A stretch of 64,000 nucleotides of DNA from Candidatus Binatia bacterium (GCA_963664015.2 CAXXLF010000001.1:1203002-1267001), one strand, 5' to 3'. Counted from the first letter of the stretch, positions 44,288 to 55,545 are shown. The notes: generated from the letters alone by a model not told the origin. Numbers and translations are program-made.

Positions 44288-45736
44288 GTGTTAAGCCATC
44301 AAAAAATCTAACCCTAGCGGGATTCGTTGCGTCATTACAAAATCTAACCGAAGTCGTCTCGCATCTGTCGTTTCATGTCCTGTTGTTGGCGCTGTAGTTT
44401 CTTGCTGAAGGTCCAGTTTCTCCACGGCGTTTGTTTCAGCGGTGGTCTCTCTCGTGGGGCTCTGTCTGCATGGCTGGCCAGCTTGTAGATCCGCTGCAGT
44501 TGCTGATCGATTCGGGTAGAGAGCTCGAAGGGATCAGTTGCCTTAAGCGTGTGCTTGAGGGCTGCCAGCTTTTTGGGGTCTCCCTTTCGGGACTCCACGA
44601 CCCGTTCGAACGGGGTACGAGGCGTGTCATAGCGGCGAATAAGTCGAGAGCCTATACGGATCTTGCATCGCAGCTTCATGGAGGGCTGGAACAGATTCTG
44701 GAAGATCCTAAGCTCATCATAGAGCTGGTTGGCGGCCTCTTGGGCCTTTGCGGTGTCGTAGCGATCCCAGCCCATAAGCTTTCTGACATGGGTCCAGTTT
44801 TTCTGCTCGATGTGCGCGTTGTCATCTTTTTTGTAGGGACGCGAGCGGGTGAACTGAATGGTGTGGCCAGCTGGGCGTTGTTGACAGAAGGCAAGAAGGC
44901 GGTTGTTGATAAACTCACTGCCGTTGTCGGAGTCGATCCCCTTGAGGGGAAAAGGAAGCTGGTGTTCGATCTCGGTGACCGCATTCAAGACACCCAAAGC
45001 GCTCTTACCCATGACGGCCTTGCGCTCTACCCAGCAGGTAGCAATGTCGACACAGTCCAGACTATGGACAAACTCCCCAACCGCTGAGGCCCCTGAGTGT
45101 GACACCAGGTCAATCTCCAGATAGCCCGGCCGGTTCACATCCCAGTGATCGGTCTTAATCGGGATCATCTGCTTTAGTAGCGATCCGGGCCGAGTGGTGC
45201 CATAGAGTCGGCGTTTCACGATGTGCTTGGTTTCCCTCAGGCGCCGATCCATCTGACGGGCGCTGATGGCCAGGAGCTGATCCTCTAACGGTTGGGTCAG
45301 CTCGAAGTGTTGCCTTATCCAGGGCAACCAGTGTACAAGGGCGGCCTTCAGACGTTGGGAGCACAGATACCCCGAGGCCTCCCACACCTTTGCCAAAATC
45401 CTTACCATTGCCCGATTGTATGTAGGAGAGCGAGGTGCACCCCGTTTGCGTACAGTTGCCTCGGGCAAGGGCCGGTTTAAAAGCCAGATGGCATATTTGC
45501 GGTTGTAGCCGCAAACCTTGCAGAATTCCTCTAGCATCGTTCCCTTCTGTGCCCGTGGTGCGTGCTGATAACGATCATAGATGGATCGTAAATACTCCTG
45601 CTTGGATCGTCGTGCCATGGTGAACCCTTCCATTGTTGCCCTCCTTGAGCTCTAATGTGAGCCCTTGGAGGGTTAGAATCACAAATGGCGCAACGTATCG
45701 CCCTTGGGTTAGATTATACATGGCGCAATACGCGGT
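44288..45736 (-). mobile_element. IS copy 2 (1449 bp)
   Basis: Same length and ends as copy 1; at least two substitutions (Y/C and T/A in the protein). Confidence 0.9.
44344..45633 (-). CDS. DDE transposase
   Basis: As 36737-38026. Confidence 0.92.
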   Translation of the reverse strand: MEGFTMARRSKQEYLRSIYDRYQHAPRAQKGTMLEEFCKVCGYNRKYAIWLLNRPLPEATVRKRGAPRSPTYNRAMVRILAKVWEASGYLCSQRLKAALVHWLPWIRQHFELTQPLEDQLLAISARQMDRRLRETKHIVKRRLYGTTRPGSLLKQMIPIKTDHWDVNRPGYLEIDLVSHSGASAVGEFVHSLDCVDIATCWVERKAVMGKSALGVLNAVTEIEHQLPFPLKGIDSDNGSEFINNRLLAFCQQRPAGHTIQFTRSRPYKKDDNAHIEQKNWTHVRKLMGWDRYDTAKAQEAANQLYDELRIFQNLFQPSMKLRCKIRIGSRLIRRYDTPRTPFERVVESRKGDPKKLAALKHTLKATDPFELSTRIDQQLQRIYKLASHADRAPRERPPLKQTPWRNWTFSKKLQRQQQDMKRQMRDDFG

Positions 45737-46011
45737 ACCGCGAGGAGGGACGGTTCTCTAACGCTCCTGATACCAAGCAACAGATGGATTTGGTGCGAAC
45801 GAAGGCCGACGATGTCCCGGTCCTCATGCTCCTTCGCCAGAAAGGCGATAAAGGCAGGGGTTGGCGGGGACTTCCCTTCTGGTGGCCCGTTATCATGACG
45901 CCTCGATCTGGAGTCACAGCGATATTCGCCATGGGTAAGGCCGTGACGCCTACGGCGCCGGCTCCCAGCAGCGGAGCCACAAGATCGCCCGCAACAGAAG
46001 AGACCCCGTAA
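45737..46011 (+). pseudogene. C-terminal remnant, probably of a Z1-domain protein, truncated by the IS
   Basis: PVLMLLRQKG..GWRGLPFWWPVI recalled from Z1-domain protein C-termini; not searched. Confidence 0.45.
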
Positions 46012-46155
46012 ATGACCATGGAAGAATATTTGCAACACATTCTTCAACGCGAGGCCGCCGATACCGGGCCTTACCCGCCGGTGCGGAGTGTGCAGGCTAA
46101 GATTGAACCCGCCATCAGAGAGTGGGCGGGCATTTATCTGTCAAGCATTAGCCCC
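46012..46155 (+). pseudogene. N-terminal remnant of a CD-NTase/SMODS nucleotidyltransferase
   Basis: MTMEEYLQHILQREAADTG..IREWAG.YLSSISP resembles CD-NTase N-termini and breaks where the GS motif should begin. Confidence 0.55.
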
Positions 46156-46204
46156 TGTTGGGCGCTTAAGGCAGTTACAGCGAAAAAAGAGGACAAGGAG
46201 AGAA

Positions 46205-46460
46205 TCAGTGGGGGCAACTTTGGGGGCAATAGCTCGGCTTCTTGAAACTGATCTCCTTACCGATCAATGACTTGCGAGCGTAATGTAGTTCCCCCGCCAA
46301 AAAAGATCAAAAAATCCCTTGTAAATCATAAAGTTAATTTGATATAGCGTCCGTTATGGTCCCATGCCGTCCAACTAAATCTGCCCCCATGTGTCGTTGA
46401 CTGATACCTCTATTCGTTCTGCAAAGCCCAAGGATAAGACTTTCAAGCTGTTTGATACGG
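46205..46460 (+). pseudogene. P4-type integrase att region and N-terminal remnant
   Basis: GGGGGCAA direct repeats near 46210-46229; MSLTDTSIRSAKPKDKTFKLFD arm-binding start at 46391. Confidence 0.7.
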
Positions 46461-46489
46461 GCCCCGGTTCGGGTTTAATCGGTCCTGCG

Positions 46490-47242
46490 CTAATTCGACA
46501 GGATCTGGCTGAGGAACAGTTTGGTCCGCTCGTTCTGCGGGTTGTCGAAGAACTCCTTTGGCCGGTTTTGCTCTATGATCTCGCCCCCGTCCATGAAGAT
46601 GACGTGGTCGGCGACCCGATTGGCGAATCCCATTTCGTGGGTCACGACCAGCATGGTCATGCCGCTCTCGGCAAGCTCGATCATCACGTCGAGCACCTCC
46701 TTGATCATCTCGGGGTCGAGCGCAGACGTCGGCTCGTCGAACAGCATGATCTTGGGCTGCATGCACAGGGATCTTGCAATCGCGACGCGCTGCTGCTGAC
46801 CGCCCGATAGCTGGCCGGGAAATTTATCCGCCTGTTCGGAGATCTGGACCCGCTCGAGATATTGCCGCGCCAGCGCCTCGGCTTTGTCCCTGGGCGTCTT
46901 GCGCACCCAGATGGGCGCCAGCGTGCAGTTCTCCAGCACCGTCAGATGCGGGAATAGGTTGAAGTGCTGGAACACCATCCCGACTTCCGACCGGATCTGC
47001 TCGATATGTTTGAGATCGCCGGTGAGTTCCGTCCCATCGACCACGATCGTTCCGCGCTGATGCTGTTCGAGATGGTTGATGCAACGGATCAGAGTCGATT
47101 TGCCTGAGCCCGACGGCCCGCAAATAACAACGCGTTCGCGCGCCGCCACCGTCAGGTTGATGTTCTTCAGGACATGAAACGGGCCGAACCACTTGTGCAT
47201 GCCGGTGATATCGATGATAGGTGCGGCGGAAGCGTCCAACAT
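46490..47242 (-). CDS. aapP: Amino-acid ABC transporter ATPase
   Basis: [28 protein letters not shown]. Confidence 0.88.
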   Translation of the reverse strand: MLDASAAPIIDITGMHKWFGPFHVLKNINLTVAARERVVICGPSGSGKSTLIRCINHLEQHQRGTIVVDGTELTGDLKHIEQIRSEVGMVFQHFNLFPHLTVLENCTLAPIWVRKTPRDKAEALARQYLERVQISEQADKFPGQLSGGQQQRVAIARSLCMQPKIMLFDEPTSALDPEMIKEVLDVMIELAESGMTMLVVTHEMGFANRVADHVIFMDGGEIIEQNRPKEFFDNPQNERTKLFLSQILSN

Positions 47243-47252
47243 GGCGTTACTC

Positions 47253-48374
47253 CTAACGGTGATCGGTGCTGAGCCGTTTCTCGAGCCACAGCGAGTAGCG
47301 CGACATGGCGAAACAGCTGATAAAAAAGAAAAGCGCGCAAAACAGATAGATTTCGGTGGAAAGCCCGTTCCACTTGGCGTCCGCGAGCACGGCGCGGCCG
47401 ATTCCCAGCGGATCAAGGAGCCCGATGACGATCACCAGCGTAGTGTCCTTGTAGAGAGATATGAAACAGTTCACGAGGCCGGGGATCGAAACTTTAAGCG
47501 CCTGGGGCAGGGTGATCAGCAAAGTGGTCTTCCAGTAGGACAGCCCCAGCGCATCGGCGGCTTCGTACTGACCGCGGAGGATGGCCTGAATGCCGCCGCG
47601 CACGACTTCGGCGACGTAGGCCGAGGCGAACAGTGACACCATGATCAGCACCCGGACCAGCAGATTGAAGCTGGTGCCGGCCGGCAGGAAGTAGTTGAGC
47701 ATGGTGGAGGCGACGAACAGTAGTGCGATCAACGGTACGCCGCGCAGGAACTCGATAAAACTGACGCAGATGATGCGGATGGCCAATAGCCTGGACTGCC
47801 GCCCGAGCGCCAGCAGGATGCCGATCGGGAGCGAGGCGAAGATCCCGGTTACGCCGACGATCAGCGTGAGCAGAAACCCGCCATAGGCTTGGGTATCGAC
47901 CACCTCGAGCCCGAGGCCGCCATAGATCAGCCAGCCCCCGATAAAGGGGTAGGCCAGGGAGAACAGCACCAGGCGCCGGCGATACGGGGTTCGGTCGTAA
48001 AGCATCGGCACCAGGGCGGCGAACAGCAAGACAAAAGCCAGATTGGGGCGCCAGCGCTCGGCGGCCGGATAGAAGCCGTAGGCGAACTGCTCGACCCGGG
48101 TAGCGATCACGGCCCAGCATGCGCCGTCGCCGATCTTGCGGCACCCGACCCGCGAATCGGCGTCGACCACCGCGTCGAGCAGCAGCCAGTCGATGGCGGC
48201 GACGATGAATTGGACCAGAAGAAAGGCGAAGAAGATCGTCAATGCGGTGTTGGATATCGATGAAAACAGATTCGCGCGCAGCCAGCCCAGCACACCGACG
48301 GACCCCATGGGCGGCGGCAGATCGGGATGCTGGCCCGGCGGATAGGCCCGTGGCGGCGGTTCCGTGCGCGTCAT
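47253..48374 (-). CDS. aapM: Amino-acid ABC transporter permease
   Basis: GACW..FAYGFYP..RWR, RGVPLI, GQYEAA. Confidence 0.88.
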   Translation of the reverse strand: MTRTEPPPRAYPPGQHPDLPPPMGSVGVLGWLRANLFSSISNTALTIFFAFLLVQFIVAAIDWLLLDAVVDADSRVGCRKIGDGACWAVIATRVEQFAYGFYPAAERWRPNLAFVLLFAALVPMLYDRTPYRRRLVLFSLAYPFIGGWLIYGGLGLEVVDTQAYGGFLLTLIVGVTGIFASLPIGILLALGRQSRLLAIRIICVSFIEFLRGVPLIALLFVASTMLNYFLPAGTSFNLLVRVLIMVSLFASAYVAEVVRGGIQAILRGQYEAADALGLSYWKTTLLITLPQALKVSIPGLVNCFISLYKDTTLVIVIGLLDPLGIGRAVLADAKWNGLSTEIYLFCALFFFISCFAMSRYSLWLEKRLSTDHR

Positions 48375-49603
48375 CGTTCCACCAACCTGACACGATTGTT
48401 GTACCAGTTCATAAAAGCCGAGATGGCGAGCGACAGCGACAGATAGATCAGCATCACCAGCATCATGGATTCTATCTCGCGGCCGGTCTGGTTAAGCGTG
48501 ATGCCGCCGAGCGTCGCCACCAGATCCATATAGCCGATGGCGATGGCGAGGGAGGAGTTTTTGGTCAGGTTGAGATATTGCGAGGTGAGGGGGGGGATGA
48601 TCACGCGCAGGGCCTGCGGGAGGATCACCAGTTTGAGTACCCGGCCGGGCCGCAGGCCGAGGGATTGGGCGGCCTCGCGCTGCCCCTTGTCAACGGCCAG
48701 AATGCCGCCCCGCACGTTTTCGGCGATAAAGGCGGCGGTATAGATCGAGAGCGCCCAGGTCAGCGCGACAAATTCGGGAATGAGCGACAGACCGCCCTGA
48801 AAATTGAAGCCGCTCAAGGCCGGAAACTCGAAGGAGACCGGCGCGCCCGTGGCAAGATAAGCCAGCAGTGGCAGCCCCACGATGGCCGCGGCGCCGACCC
48901 ACAGTGCCGGGAAATAGCGTCCGGTTTCGTCCTGGAGGCGTCTTGCATAGCGGCTGACGCCATAGGCGACGCCGATGCCGACGATCAAGGCGGCGAGGAG
49001 CACCCACGCGCCTTCCTCGAATAACGGCCTGGGGATATAAAACCCGCGATTGGCCAGGAAGACGGACCCGCCAAACCCGATTGCCCGGCGCGGATGGGGC
49101 AGTGTGTTGATGATGATGCCGTGCCACAGAAGAATGTGGAGCAGCACCGGCACGTTGCGGGTGAATTCGACGAAACAGTAGGCGGCCTTCGCCACCAGCC
49201 AGTTTGACGACAGCCGCATCGCCCCCAGCGTGAAGCCCAGGGCGGTGGCGACCATGATCGCGACGACCGCCACCAGGAGGGTGTTGATCAGTCCGACCAC
49301 GGCGGCGCGCAGGTGCGTGTCCTGGTTGGTGTAATCTATCAGCGTCTGGTTGATGTCGTAATTGGCCGGCAGTTCCCACAGAAAGCTGAAGCCGAAGGTC
49401 TTTTCCAGCGCCGCAAAATTGACCAGCACATTGCCGATCAGCCAGGCCGTGGCGGCGAAGAACCCGAGCACCACGAGAATCTGGATCGCGACGCCGCGAA
49501 GGCGTTCATCGTGCCACAACCGTGACAGACGAAACGGCGGCTTCGGCGGCAGCGTCCGGCTGGATAGCGACTGGTTTGTCACGGCGGTTGAGCGTGAACT
49601 CAA
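48371..49603 (-). CDS. aapQ: Amino-acid ABC transporter permease
   Basis: FGFSFL, RNVPVLL, GFNFQGG, YLNLTKNSSLA. Confidence 0.88.
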   Translation of the reverse strand: MSSRSTAVTNQSLSSRTLPPKPPFRLSRLWHDERLRGVAIQILVVLGFFAATAWLIGNVLVNFAALEKTFGFSFLWELPANYDINQTLIDYTNQDTHLRAAVVGLINTLLVAVVAIMVATALGFTLGAMRLSSNWLVAKAAYCFVEFTRNVPVLLHILLWHGIIINTLPHPRRAIGFGGSVFLANRGFYIPRPLFEEGAWVLLAALIVGIGVAYGVSRYARRLQDETGRYFPALWVGAAAIVGLPLLAYLATGAPVSFEFPALSGFNFQGGLSLIPEFVALTWALSIYTAAFIAENVRGGILAVDKGQREAAQSLGLRPGRVLKLVILPQALRVIIPPLTSQYLNLTKNSSLAIAIGYMDLVATLGGITLNQTGREIESMMLVMLIYLSLSLAISAFMNWYNNRVRLVER

Positions 49604-49610
49604 AGAAAAT

Positions 49611-49635
49611 CACCCCGCGGGACCGCCGCGGGGTG
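49611..49635 (-). other. Intercistronic hairpin after aapJ
   Basis: CACCCCGCGG-GACCG-CCGCGGGGTG, a perfect 10-bp stem. Confidence 0.6.
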
Positions 49636-49650
49636 ATGGAAGGATTTCTT

Positions 49651-50673
49651 CTAGCGGAAGGGCGGGGAGTACATCAGCCCGCCGTTTGTCCACAGCGCGT
49701 TGACGCCGCGCGCGATGCCGAGTGCCGTGTTCTTGCCTAGATTGGCTTCGAAGACCTCGCCGTAATTGCCGACTTGCGTGATGACGTTGACCGCCCAGTC
49801 CTTCGACAGCTTGAGCACCTCGCGGCCCTGCAGGTTCTCCTCGCCTAGCAGCCGCTTGACCTCGGGGCTCTTGGTGGTCTTGGCCATGGCTGCGGCATTT
49901 TTCGAAGTGAGGCCGAACTCTTCCGCCGTGATCATGGCGTTGAGCGTCCAGCGCACGATATCGGCCCACTGGTCGTCGCCATGGCGCACTACCGGGCCGA
50001 GCGGTTCCTTGGAAATAATCTCCGGCAATACGAGATGGTCCGACGGGTTGTTGAAGGTGGCGCGCGTGGCGGCGAGCCCGGAGGCGTCGGTGGTATACGC
50101 ATCGCAGCGCCCGGCCAGATAGTTGCTGCGCGCTTCCGCGTTGGTCTCGATCGGCACCGGCTGGTACTTCATATTGTTGGCGCGGAAGAAATCGGCCAGG
50201 TTGAGTTCGGTAGTGGTCCCGGTCTGTATGCAGACCGACGCGCCGCCAAGCTTCTTGGCCGAGGTGACCCCAAGCTTTTTCGGGACAATGAAGCCCTGTC
50301 CGTCATAGTAATTGACGCCGACGAAGGTGAGCTGCAGATCGACGTCGCGGCTGAAGGTCCAGGTGGTGTTGCGCGACAGCATGTCAATCTCGCCGGACCG
50401 CAGTGCGGTGAAGCGGGTTTTGCCCGTCAGGCTGGTGTATTTGACCTTTGTCGCATCGCCCAGCACGGCGGCGGCGACGGCGCGGCACAGATCCACATCG
50501 AAACCTCGCCAGACCCCCTTGTCGTCGGGTGCGGCAAATCCCGTCAGGCCGGTGTTGATGCCGCATTGAAGATGGCCGCGCTTTTTGACGTCGTCCAGCG
50601 TGGCGGCGTTCGCTATACCGGCTGCGAGCAACACGACAGCAGCGGCAGTGCCCAGTGACTTAAATAATTGCAT
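49651..50673 (-). CDS. aapJ: General L-amino-acid ABC transporter binding protein
   Basis: RNTTWTFSRD, YYDGQGF, GTTTELNL, ISKEPLGP, GNYGEVF, GGLMYSPPFR. Confidence 0.92.
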   Translation of the reverse strand: MQLFKSLGTAAAVVLLAAGIANAATLDDVKKRGHLQCGINTGLTGFAAPDDKGVWRGFDVDLCRAVAAAVLGDATKVKYTSLTGKTRFTALRSGEIDMLSRNTTWTFSRDVDLQLTFVGVNYYDGQGFIVPKKLGVTSAKKLGGASVCIQTGTTTELNLADFFRANNMKYQPVPIETNAEARSNYLAGRCDAYTTDASGLAATRATFNNPSDHLVLPEIISKEPLGPVVRHGDDQWADIVRWTLNAMITAEEFGLTSKNAAAMAKTTKSPEVKRLLGEENLQGREVLKLSKDWAVNVITQVGNYGEVFEANLGKNTALGIARGVNALWTNGGLMYSPPFR

Positions 50674-50799
50674 TGCTAAATACCCCTTTCTCTTAGAGTT
50701 TAATATCGTTATTCCAGTGTCTGACCTTCCATGAACGGCGGTCGGCCAAGTCGGCCGACCGCTCGTTATTTTGGAAACCTCCAGTCTGGAAGGTTCCGA

Positions 50800-51540
50800 C
50801 TAGAAGAAGTTGAAGCTCCGTGATATGGAAGCGCCCACGATGCCATCCGAACCGGCTGTGTCGCGGTCTGTGTAGAAAAAGTTAATGCCGAAGTAATTCT
50901 TGATCTCGGTGCCGATTCCCACCTGATACCAGTAATAGTCATTGCCTTCTTCGTTGTTCTCGTAGTCGTTGATCCCGAACTTACCGGAAAAGGTGGCAGG
51001 AATCTTGCCGAGCGGCACGGAGGCGCTGAGAACGATGCGGTTCTGCGGGTTGTCGGTGAATACACGGCCGTAACTGGCGCCGAAGCTAGCGAAGCCTGGG
51101 TCGAAACTCACGGCCACCTTGGGCTGCACAAAACTTTCCCAGACGCTCGTGTTGGAGTCGCCTTCCGGATAGTGAATGTAGAAAACGCCGAGGTTGAGGC
51201 CGATCTTGTCGGTGAGTGAGGTCGCGTATCCGGCATAGTAATCGAGCTCGATGCCGCCCACACCTTCGCCGCTCGCGCTTGCCACGTTGGACGCCCAGAT
51301 TCCGACATACGGCCCGGCGCTGTGCGACCAGTCGAAACCGCCTTGAAACGCCGGGAGCCCGTCGCTGTCGGAAGCGCCCTGAAAAGCGTAATTCGATGTG
51401 AGCTTGACATTCGCCGACAAGCTCGATTGCGCTTGAGCCGATGCTCCGTACGCCAGGCCGACGACAACGGCAAGTGCGCCGACAAAGACCTGTCTTGACT
51501 TCAATAAGATGCTTCTTATCAGAGTGGAATTCTCAAACAT
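50800..51540 (-). CDS. TorF-family putative porin
   Basis: SNYAFQG.S, PAFQGGFD, YVGIWASNV, ELDYYAGY; terminal F. Confidence 0.8.
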   Translation of the reverse strand: MFENSTLIRSILLKSRQVFVGALAVVVGLAYGASAQAQSSLSANVKLTSNYAFQGASDSDGLPAFQGGFDWSHSAGPYVGIWASNVASASGEGVGGIELDYYAGYATSLTDKIGLNLGVFYIHYPEGDSNTSVWESFVQPKVAVSFDPGFASFGASYGRVFTDNPQNRIVLSASVPLGKIPATFSGKFGINDYENNEEGNDYYWYQVGIGTEIKNYFGINFFYTDRDTAGSDGIVGASISRSFNFF

Positions 51541-51964
51541 AGCTTATTTCACTTTCATAAAAGAATCTAATTTGACTATATTTCTCAAAAAGTACCGTAA
51601 GCTAATAACTTAAACCGAACTATTGTCAAGCATTTTATATTTTCGATCAAAAACCACTTATGTATATTGGCTGGTCTCATTAAATAGATAGACCGTCATA
51701 CGGCGCCGGGTTCGGCTCATGTCGGTGCCCGGCGCCTGCAAGCTCGCCCGGGTCTACACGGTCGAGACAACCCGCATCAAACGGCGCCTGCTCGTATCCG
51801 GCCGCCGGAAGGCCAACTATTTACAGGTTAAAAGGACCTAAAAGGGCTTTTTAGGGCCGGTTATCGACGGTTTTAGCGAGAGTTTCTCATTATTTCCGTC
51901 TCCCCACAGCGAGGTTAATGGCAACCCTCTTGAGGAAGACGGGAAGCGTGAGAGCAGGTCGGCG

Positions 51965-52080
51965 TTATTCTTCTTCCTGCACGGCCACGGTCCAAATTCT
52001 TTTCAAAGGCAACTCCGCTTTCAGATCTTCGTCCAGGTGGTCGTAGTGGGCAAATAATTGCTCAGGTAGTTCTTTCTGCG
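51965..52080 (-). pseudogene. C-terminal remnant of an Mrr-like restriction endonuclease
   Basis: QKELPEQLFAHYDHLDEDLKAELPLKRIWTVAVQEEE*, translated by eye. Confidence 0.55.
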
Positions 52081-52094
52081 GAACCCGGGTCGAT

Positions 52095-52680
52095 TCAGCC
52101 CTCCGTCCATGATTCAGATAAGACTTCAGCCTGCTCCAGCACCGTTTGCGTCGCCTTTTCCTGTTTGTCCGGCGGATAACCGTATTTGCGCAGGACGCGC
52201 TTGACGATCACTCGCAACTGGGCGCGGACATTTTCACGGACCGTCCAGTCGATAGTCACGTTCTTTCTCACCGTTTCCACCAGTTCACGAGCGATTTTAA
52301 GCAGCGTCGGTTCCCCGAGCGCCCTGACCGCGCTATCGTTCACTTCAAGCGCGTCGTAGAAGGCCAGCTCGTCTTCGGTCAGCTTCAGTGCTTCACCGCG
52401 TTCGTTGGCAGCGCGCATGTCTTTCGCGAGCTGGATCAGCTCTTCGATCGCCTGGGCGGTTTCGATAGCGCGGTTCTGGTATTTGCGGATTGCCTGTTCG
52501 AGCAGGTCGGCGAAGGATCGCCCCTGCACCACGTTGCGCTTCGAGCGCGCCTTGACCTCGCCTTTCAGCAGCTTCCGCAGCAACTCGACCGCGGGGTTTA
52601 GCTGCGGCATGCCGTGCACCTCGGCCGGGAACTCGTCGGAAAGAATGGAAATATCCGGTTTTTTGAGCCCGGCGGCGGCC
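52095..52680 (-). pseudogene. C-terminal remnant of a type I HsdR (DUF3387)
   Basis: [43 protein letters not shown]. Confidence 0.85.
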
Positions 52681-52790
52681 CATGGGAGGTGCGTTGACTC
52701 TGTCGTGCCTCTTACCGCGTAGTGGGTTATTGACCTCCTCAGTGCCCATATCCATAATGACCGCGTCACTGGAGGAAGGGGGATTCGGTC

Positions 52791-53930
52791 ATGATTGAAT
52801 GGCTTGGCATTGGCCACCTTTTCGAGCTTTCCCGGACGGAAGCGATCGCGGGGTTTTTCACCCCGCTGGTGATCTTCGCCGTGTTTTTCCTGGCCCAGCT
52901 CATACTGCCGGGAAGGCGGGTTCCCGGCTACGTCATCAATCCGGAGACCCGTGAACCCCGCAACTATCGGCTAAACGGTATTCTGGTGTTTGCAATCGCG
53001 CTGATCGTGTGGGCTCTCGAGCTCACCGGGATGCCGCGTGATTGGTTCTACCGGTCCTCGATCTATGCTGTGGCTGGCGGAACGGTCTTCACCGCTATCT
53101 TTACCATCGTAGCGGTGTTCAGCCGGCCGCAGGGCAAGATACAGAATCCGATCTTGGCGCTGTGGGTTGGGCGGGCCCGGGAGCTGTCGTTCTTCAACAA
53201 CCGCTTCGACATAAAGATGTATCTCTATGTCGTCGGTGGGACGATGTTGTCGCTCAACGCCCTGTCCGGGGCCGCGTACCACTACGAACTCTTTGGCGAA
53301 GACTCCAATCCAGGCGTTTTCCTGTATGCGGCGTTCTTCACATTCTACGTTCTGGACTACTTCATCTTTGAGCGCGTCCAGCTATATACCTACGACCTGA
53401 TCCATGAGAATCTCGGCTTCAAGTTGTTCTGGGGCGGCCTCGTGGTCTACGGGTGGCTGTTCATCCTCCCGTTGTGGGGCATGGCCGCTTACCCGGACCC
53501 CGGATTCTCGCTGGCGCGGACGTATGTTTGGCTCATCGGAACGGCTGCGCTGTTCCTGTTCGGGTGGAGCATCTCGCGCGGCGCCAACATGCAGAAATAC
53601 ACATTCAAGCGATGGCCCGACCGCAAGTTTCTCGGGCTCATCGAGCCTGAGTACATTGAGGCCGGTGACCGCAAGATCCTGTGCAGCGGTCTATGGGGTG
53701 TCGCCCGCCACTTCAACTACATGGGCGAGGGGTTCCGTGCCCTGTCAATTGCCCTGGTATTCGGCTACTTCACTAATCCCTGGGCTTGGACCTACTTTGT
53801 CTTCATCGTCACGCTGTTCACCTTTCGTCAACGTGATGACGACAGGCTCTGCGCCGAGAAATTCGGCGCCGATAAGTGGGCAGAGTATCAGGCACGGGTG
53901 AAGTACCGGATTTTTCCTGGCGTTTATTGA
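52791..53930 (+). CDS. ERG4/ERG24-family sterol reductase-like membrane protein
   Basis: Multi-TM; [62 protein letters not shown]. Confidence 0.85.
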   Translation: MIEWLGIGHLFELSRTEAIAGFFTPLVIFAVFFLAQLILPGRRVPGYVINPETREPRNYRLNGILVFAIALIVWALELTGMPRDWFYRSSIYAVAGGTVFTAIFTIVAVFSRPQGKIQNPILALWVGRARELSFFNNRFDIKMYLYVVGGTMLSLNALSGAAYHYELFGEDSNPGVFLYAAFFTFYVLDYFIFERVQLYTYDLIHENLGFKLFWGGLVVYGWLFILPLWGMAAYPDPGFSLARTYVWLIGTAALFLFGWSISRGANMQKYTFKRWPDRKFLGLIEPEYIEAGDRKILCSGLWGVARHFNYMGEGFRALSIALVFGYFTNPWAWTYFVFIVTLFTFRQRDDDRLCAEKFGADKWAEYQARVKYRIFPGVY

Positions 53931-54019
53931 GAGGGCTCCCTGCGGAGTCCATGCAGGTCGCCTGTGATGAGTTGACCGAGCTGAGGAATCCTGCAGCGCC
54001 GTTGCCGCCGCCGGCCGAT

Positions 54020-54300
54020 CCAATACTTGAACAACATCCTGGAGCAGGATCATCGAGCTATCAAACGACGAGTGAAGGCCAAGCAGGGCTTTCGTGGATT
54101 CCACGCGGCGCGGCGAACGATCCAGGGATACGAGGCAATGCGCATGATCCGGAAGGGGCAGGCGAGGCGGGTGGGCGGTTCGGATGTTCGGCGACAGATT
54201 CAGTTCATCAACAAGCTGTTCGAGGTGGATCGCTCCAATCGATTACTCGGCAACCCGGCTAGGTCTTGCAGCGATTCCGCACTGTCTAAAACCGTGTCAC
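54020..54300 (+). pseudogene. IS6-family transposase C-terminal remnant
   Basis: YLNNILEQDHRAIKRR..GYEAMRMIRKGQ..FINKLF. Confidence 0.85.
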
Positions 54301-54357
54301 AATCCCGCAATTGAGCTAATGTGTCGGCCATGATCATCGCGGAACAGAAGATAGGGG

Positions 54358-55003
54358 CCGGTGTCAGGCATGCCTTCTTGCCGTTCTGGGCTTCCTTCCC
54401 TTTCGGATTCCAGCCCGTATCGTGCCGATTCTCCTCCGCAATGTCTCGTCCATTTGGATTCGATCTTCTAGTTGCCGCAACCCGCGGCTCACCACTCCGG
54501 CATCACGGCTTAAATATCGTGCAACCTCCGTGAGTCGGTATCCGCCTTCTTCAACCGCTATCTTCCCTATTATCCAGCGTACCCTGCTTATCTCCCTGCT
54601 CTTAATCTCTTTGACGCACCCGCCGTGGTAGTACGTTGAATCGGGAACAAACCACTCCGACGATATCCTTAAGGGCAATGTCCACAGGGGGCTTGGTGTC
54701 AGGTTCTTCCACTCTTTCTCGTGTGTCCTCTACAAACTCCTCATCCCCCAGGAACCGCTGGTCAATAACATCGTAAAGGTCCTTGCGATGACCTTCCCCC
54801 AAGCCGTCCCTGGTGAACTCACGGTAACGTCGAATCGCCTCCTTTTGCCTCTTGCCGAACTGCTCCAGGACCGGGTTCACCGAAACCCCTTGGGCCTCGT
54901 TGCCTTGCAAGTACTCCCGGTGACTGCTCCAGCGATACCGGTCGGGACGCCTGACTATTCCGGACCGAATTGGATTTAAGTGAATGTATCGCACCAGTTC
55001 CAA
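54358..55003 (-). pseudogene. RAYT-like HUH transposase: 5'-truncated, frameshifted, with C-terminal HTH
   Basis: ELVRYIHLNP..YRWSS, FLGDEEF; C-terminal HTH in another frame; ends at CCTGACACCGG. Confidence 0.8.
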
Positions 55004-55008
55004 AAGAG

Positions 55009-55545
55009 CTACTCAAAACTCTGCTCACGTAGTTTGTCCTCGGCCCGCTCGCTCCGTCGCACTTGGACTTCCTGCTTTTTAATTTGCTCGATCTGTCTAC
55101 TGGCCGCATCGCGGATATCGGAGCGATCATGCTTTAACAGCCTCTCGAAAGCTTGGCGTCGCTTGGCGATGATGTCCGCCAAACTCCCCCACGATACACT
55201 TGGCAGAACAGAAGCGGAAAGATTCACAAGAACCGGAGAGGGGTCTTGTGTTTCGTTTATAATGGCACGTGCTTGTTCCGACAATACGATCCCTTCGCCT
55301 TCTGGCTCTATTTCAAACGGATAAATCGCCTTTGAAATCATGACCAGTCGTTCTTGAAAATCGCCTTGCTGACACCAGTCCAATATTACCTTAACGTCTA
55401 CATTAGAAAGCGAGTTTGTCTCGTCGTGCCGCACAGTGAAAACTTCAAGGAGATAATAGTCCTTCAGTGCTGGATCCAAGAAGATACCATTGAGGAACCG
55501 AAACGTCGCCTTCTCAGCCAGAACTGTTACTGCCTCCCCCTCTCT
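55009..55545 (-). pseudogene. C-terminal remnant of a large helical protein
   Basis: Credible coding C-terminus (..SWGSLADII..EQSFE*) with no credible start. Confidence 0.45.

Noticed and set aside
46391-46810. 139-aa integrase ORF
   Set aside because: Only the first ~23 codons are integrase-like; the rest is antisense to aapP
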